Part shown: one piece after another, positions 61,202-64,000 of the stretch
Layout: each line of letters opens with the position of its first letter
Position numbering within the stretch: the stretch's first letter is position 1
Program-made: the position numbers and the translations under genes
Source: Tortispora ganteri
Lineage: Eukaryota
NCBI GenBank assembly: GCA_003707115.1
Contig: PPNB01000002.1
Location: forward strand, 310,001-374,000
Direction of reading: 5' to 3'
DNA length: 64,000 bases
Notes under the pieces: model-generated
The model's database searches: none
The model's input: the letters and a program-made list of their open reading frames with translations, nothing else
Told to the model about the DNA's origin: nothing

Positions 61202-63022
61202 TTAAATACCCATCTTCTCGACATACTGCTCTATATTGCTAATGATCCGATCAGGTATCTCATCACCTTTACCCGCTGCTACCCTGATTACCATTTCATT
61301 CAATTCTCCTCTTCCTAAAATATCAACATGCTCAGCTGTTTTAGCTCCGCCACGCATATCAAAAAGATCAGGTTCATGTTTCATCTCCACAATTGTGACT
61401 TTCGAGCCACCTGGATTGTATATGGAATTGGGTCGTTTCCATATATGACATATAGAATGTGTAATCAATGAGATCGTACCATCGCCTTCTCCAAGAAGCA
61501 CAGGATCTGTTCGATGTTTGTCTATAGTCAAATTAAGATTCAACATCGTCTTATTGTCGATCTCTTCATACCAATAGCTCCTTTCTGTCGGCTTGCCTAT
61601 ACCATAGAAATGATACAGTTTCATGTCAGGTGCATATGGTAAAGCCACTTCAAGCGGGTTACTCCATTTACTGGGATCCTTTTCGTTTGCTTTTAGTTGT
61701 TTGCTAGTAGTCGCCAGACCCCAAGAATAATTCTCTAACACTCTTTTCTTGAACCATTCTGGAGAAACTTTTAGCAAAGTCTCCATGGCTCCTTCTATGG
61801 TAAGATTTTTAGAAGATAACTCTCCAATAGTCTTCTCAAAGGACATAAACTTGCCGAAAGTGTAGTTCTGTCCAGGAGTATCATCGGGAGCGCTATCAAG
61901 ACCACCCCATACAGCATTCCCGCCTTTAGGTATCATTGAAGGAATACCACCAAACGTTCTAAGCATGTAAGCTCTTTCTGATCGCGAAAAGAACTTTTCT
62001 AGTCCGTATACTGCTAGAGGATTCAGCTGCACAGTGTCTTTCATTTCTCCAGATATTAGGGCGACAATTGATTTTGGAGTCCCGAGTAAGCACCCAGAAA
62101 TATCTACAAATGCTTCAATATGATCATTGACCCATCTCTTTCCACCATTTCCGTATCCCTCGGCCTCTACCCATTTCATAAAATAAAAGACAATCTGTGA
62201 GCCCATTGAGTGACTAACTAGAATAGTTTTCTCACCTGTGAATTTTAAATTATGTTCAATAACCGTTTTTAATTTTGTGAAGTAATGATCTCTTCTCTCT
62301 AGGTCTGAATAAGCCAATCGCCAATCATAAGCAGCCGAGAACATATTGTTAGGGTCATATTGGAAAGCAGCCAAGTTTTCTAGTAATTTGTTCCATATCC
62401 AGTAGCCGGTAATAAAGAAATCACTGGCTTCAAATCCTTGAGCCGCTCGGAGCTTAGCACCAGGTGGATCCATTCCGGTTTCAGGATCCAGACATATTTG
62501 ATTGAGCCAGCATTGTTTATCCATAAACATAGCCTTAATCATCGACCAACTACCCCACAGTCTCTGGCGAAAGTTCGCCTTAGTAGCACATGCATTAGGT
62601 TGATCATCAACGTACCAAGATTCAATTCCAGTAGAAATGACTCCAGGAATAGTGACAATTGGGTATTTGGCAGTGAGGTTCAAGGATTTCAAGTAAAATC
62701 CCACAGCAAATGATTCCGATGAATCATAACGCTCATATTCCTCTCTATTAATTAGTTCTGCTTCGCTCAAAATCGACGCAGGAAGAACATTACGCCAATC
62801 ACTTAGTACTTCAGAGATATAATCCATATCAATATCGCTGATCATATCGCTGATATGATCTAACGACATATTTTCGCTATAATTAACATATGTACCAATT
62901 AGCATTGAAGTCAATACAAATATTATTGAAACTGACCAATAAACAAATTTGGGATACCTAAAAAGCTCATCTTTATCATTCTTTTTAATTTTCTTATGCT
63001 TAGTTTTATGTTTTGCAGCCAT
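61202..63022 (-). CDS. LRO1: Phospholipid:diacylglycerol acyltransferase
   Basis: N-terminal TM; PGVISTGIESW, FRQRLWGS, AAYDWRL, VSHSMG (nucleophile), GDGT, EHVDILG. Confidence 0.95.
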   Translation of the reverse strand: MAAKHKTKHKKIKKNDKDELFRYPKFVYWSVSIIFVLTSMLIGTYVNYSENMSLDHISDMISDIDMDYISEVLSDWRNVLPASILSEAELINREEYERYDSSESFAVGFYLKSLNLTAKYPIVTIPGVISTGIESWYVDDQPNACATKANFRQRLWGSWSMIKAMFMDKQCWLNQICLDPETGMDPPGAKLRAAQGFEASDFFITGYWIWNKLLENLAAFQYDPNNMFSAAYDWRLAYSDLERRDHYFTKLKTVIEHNLKFTGEKTILVSHSMGSQIVFYFMKWVEAEGYGNGGKRWVNDHIEAFVDISGCLLGTPKSIVALISGEMKDTVQLNPLAVYGLEKFFSRSERAYMLRTFGGIPSMIPKGGNAVWGGLDSAPDDTPGQNYTFGKFMSFEKTIGELSSKNLTIEGAMETLLKVSPEWFKKRVLENYSWGLATTSKQLKANEKDPSKWSNPLEVALPYAPDMKLYHFYGIGKPTERSYWYEEIDNKTMLNLNLTIDKHRTDPVLLGEGDGTISLITHSICHIWKRPNSIYNPGGSKVTIVEMKHEPDLFDMRGGAKTAEHVDILGRGELNEMVIRVAAGKGDEIPDRIISNIEQYVEKMGI

Positions 63023-63677
63023 TTTGAGCGTCAATATTCGTGTATGGTAAGGTAAGGCAGCTGAATATATAATAAAGCCTGAAAACTAGGGTGGGCAATA
63101 TACTTTGATTTTAAGAATCTCTCTGGTCATCGGTCTACACCATAGTCTGAATTCACATGTTAATATTGCCACTAATATACTACCACAATAATTTTTATAC
63201 TGTATAATAGATTTTTTGGACTTTGTTTTATTTATAGGCAATATAGCATACTCAATTGTCGAACATTCGCTCATCAGCAATTTGAAGAATTAGAGTTTCT
63301 ATACCCACTCCAGACTTACGGATAATAACACCGGAAATCGCAAATTGATCACAATTGGATCTAAATTTAACGCAATTACATTGACAATAGTCTTTTGGTA
63401 TATGAATTAATGGATTTTAGATATTTAATTTAATATTCTTTTAATAGAAATGCCTTATAGGTGCTTATAATATGATGGAAGAGTAGAATCAAATACGGAG
63501 TCTAGAAAGATATTCAATTACTATCATTCATGATTGATTATTGACGACTTTTTTTCATAAGTACTTTATTCATTACTGGTAATCTTTGCTTTTTTAACAT
63601 ACACTGCTTACATGACTAGTCACTTTTAACGATATGTCTTATATAGACCATAAAGAGAACACGCATAACTAATGAAA

Positions 63678-63702
63678 TACGGCAACTTGTACGGCAACTT
63701 GT
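63678..63702. repeat. 12-bp perfect tandem repeat x2
   Basis: TACGGCAACTTG TACGGCAACTTG T. Confidence 0.85.
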
Positions 63703-64000
63703 TCTCATCGTTGAACCAAAATACTCTACGAGATACGAATTTATGCTGCAATGATAAATTTAGTCACTATTTGTGGTTTATATATTTTCCGTGATCTGTT
63801 TAAAGACACGCGAAAAAGCTATTCAATATGTATGTCTTCCTTTCAGTTCTGTATCAGCATGAAACTGATATAAGCAATTTGTTAGACATACAGAAATTGC
63901 TAGAGAGAATCATTTCTTAAAAAAATTTCGGTACATGTCAGTCAATTCTTTTTAACATAGTAATAACTCTAGACTATCAGGGCGATTGCAATGCACTGAA

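Noticed and set aside
25013..63034. TTG starts given by the ORF track for MYO1, OPI1, the Zn2Cys6 factor, PNC1, VMA11, the acyl-CoA synthetase, MCC and LRO1
   Set aside because: Each has a nearby in-frame ATG giving a sensible N-terminus, so coordinates were moved to the ATG.
302..63280. Numerous short antisense or overlapping ORFs (e.g. 10825-11397, 35306-35815, 44914-45366, 54604-55137)
   Set aside because: Shadow ORFs of real genes caused by codon bias or low complexity; no recognisable domains.

Overview
Eukaryotic, gene-dense budding-yeast (Saccharomycotina) chromosomal DNA using the standard genetic code. It holds about 33 protein-coding genes and one tRNA-Ala(CGC). I resolved six short spliceosomal introns by eye: two in a HapX/Hap43-like gene, one in HMO1, one in ARG1 and two in TUB2. 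Gene content (methylcrotonyl-CoA carboxylase, HapX-like regulator, GSI-like ligase, tRNA-Ala-CGC) points to a non-Saccharomycetaceae, non-CUG lineage; this is inference and no species can be named. Most genes are housekeeping (SRP54, MRPL1, NGG1, RSM24, MST1, LSM1, TMA23, SSE1, TRM13, MYO1, TAL1, ARG1, TUB2, OPI1, PNC1, VMA11, ROM2, LRO1). No transposon, CRISPR array or rRNA was seen. Most interesting signals: (1) a divergent SDR + glutamine-synthetase-like pair resembling the bacterial GlnA4-type gamma-glutamylation (ethanolamine/amine) module; (2) a HapX/Hap43-like iron regulator that keeps the Hap4L motif and Cys-rich clusters but lacks the bZIP, under ATCWGATAA sites shared with an FMO; (3) a cluster of MCB cell-cycle boxes inside the HMO1 intron; (4) a probable non-AUG (UUG) start for an STP3/4-like zinc-finger gene; (5) a Zn2Cys6 factor/ADH divergent pair with an alc-like promoter; (6) an acyl-CoA synthetase next to MCC-alpha, echoing leucine-catabolism clusters. 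Family calls come from motif recognition only; no searches were run.
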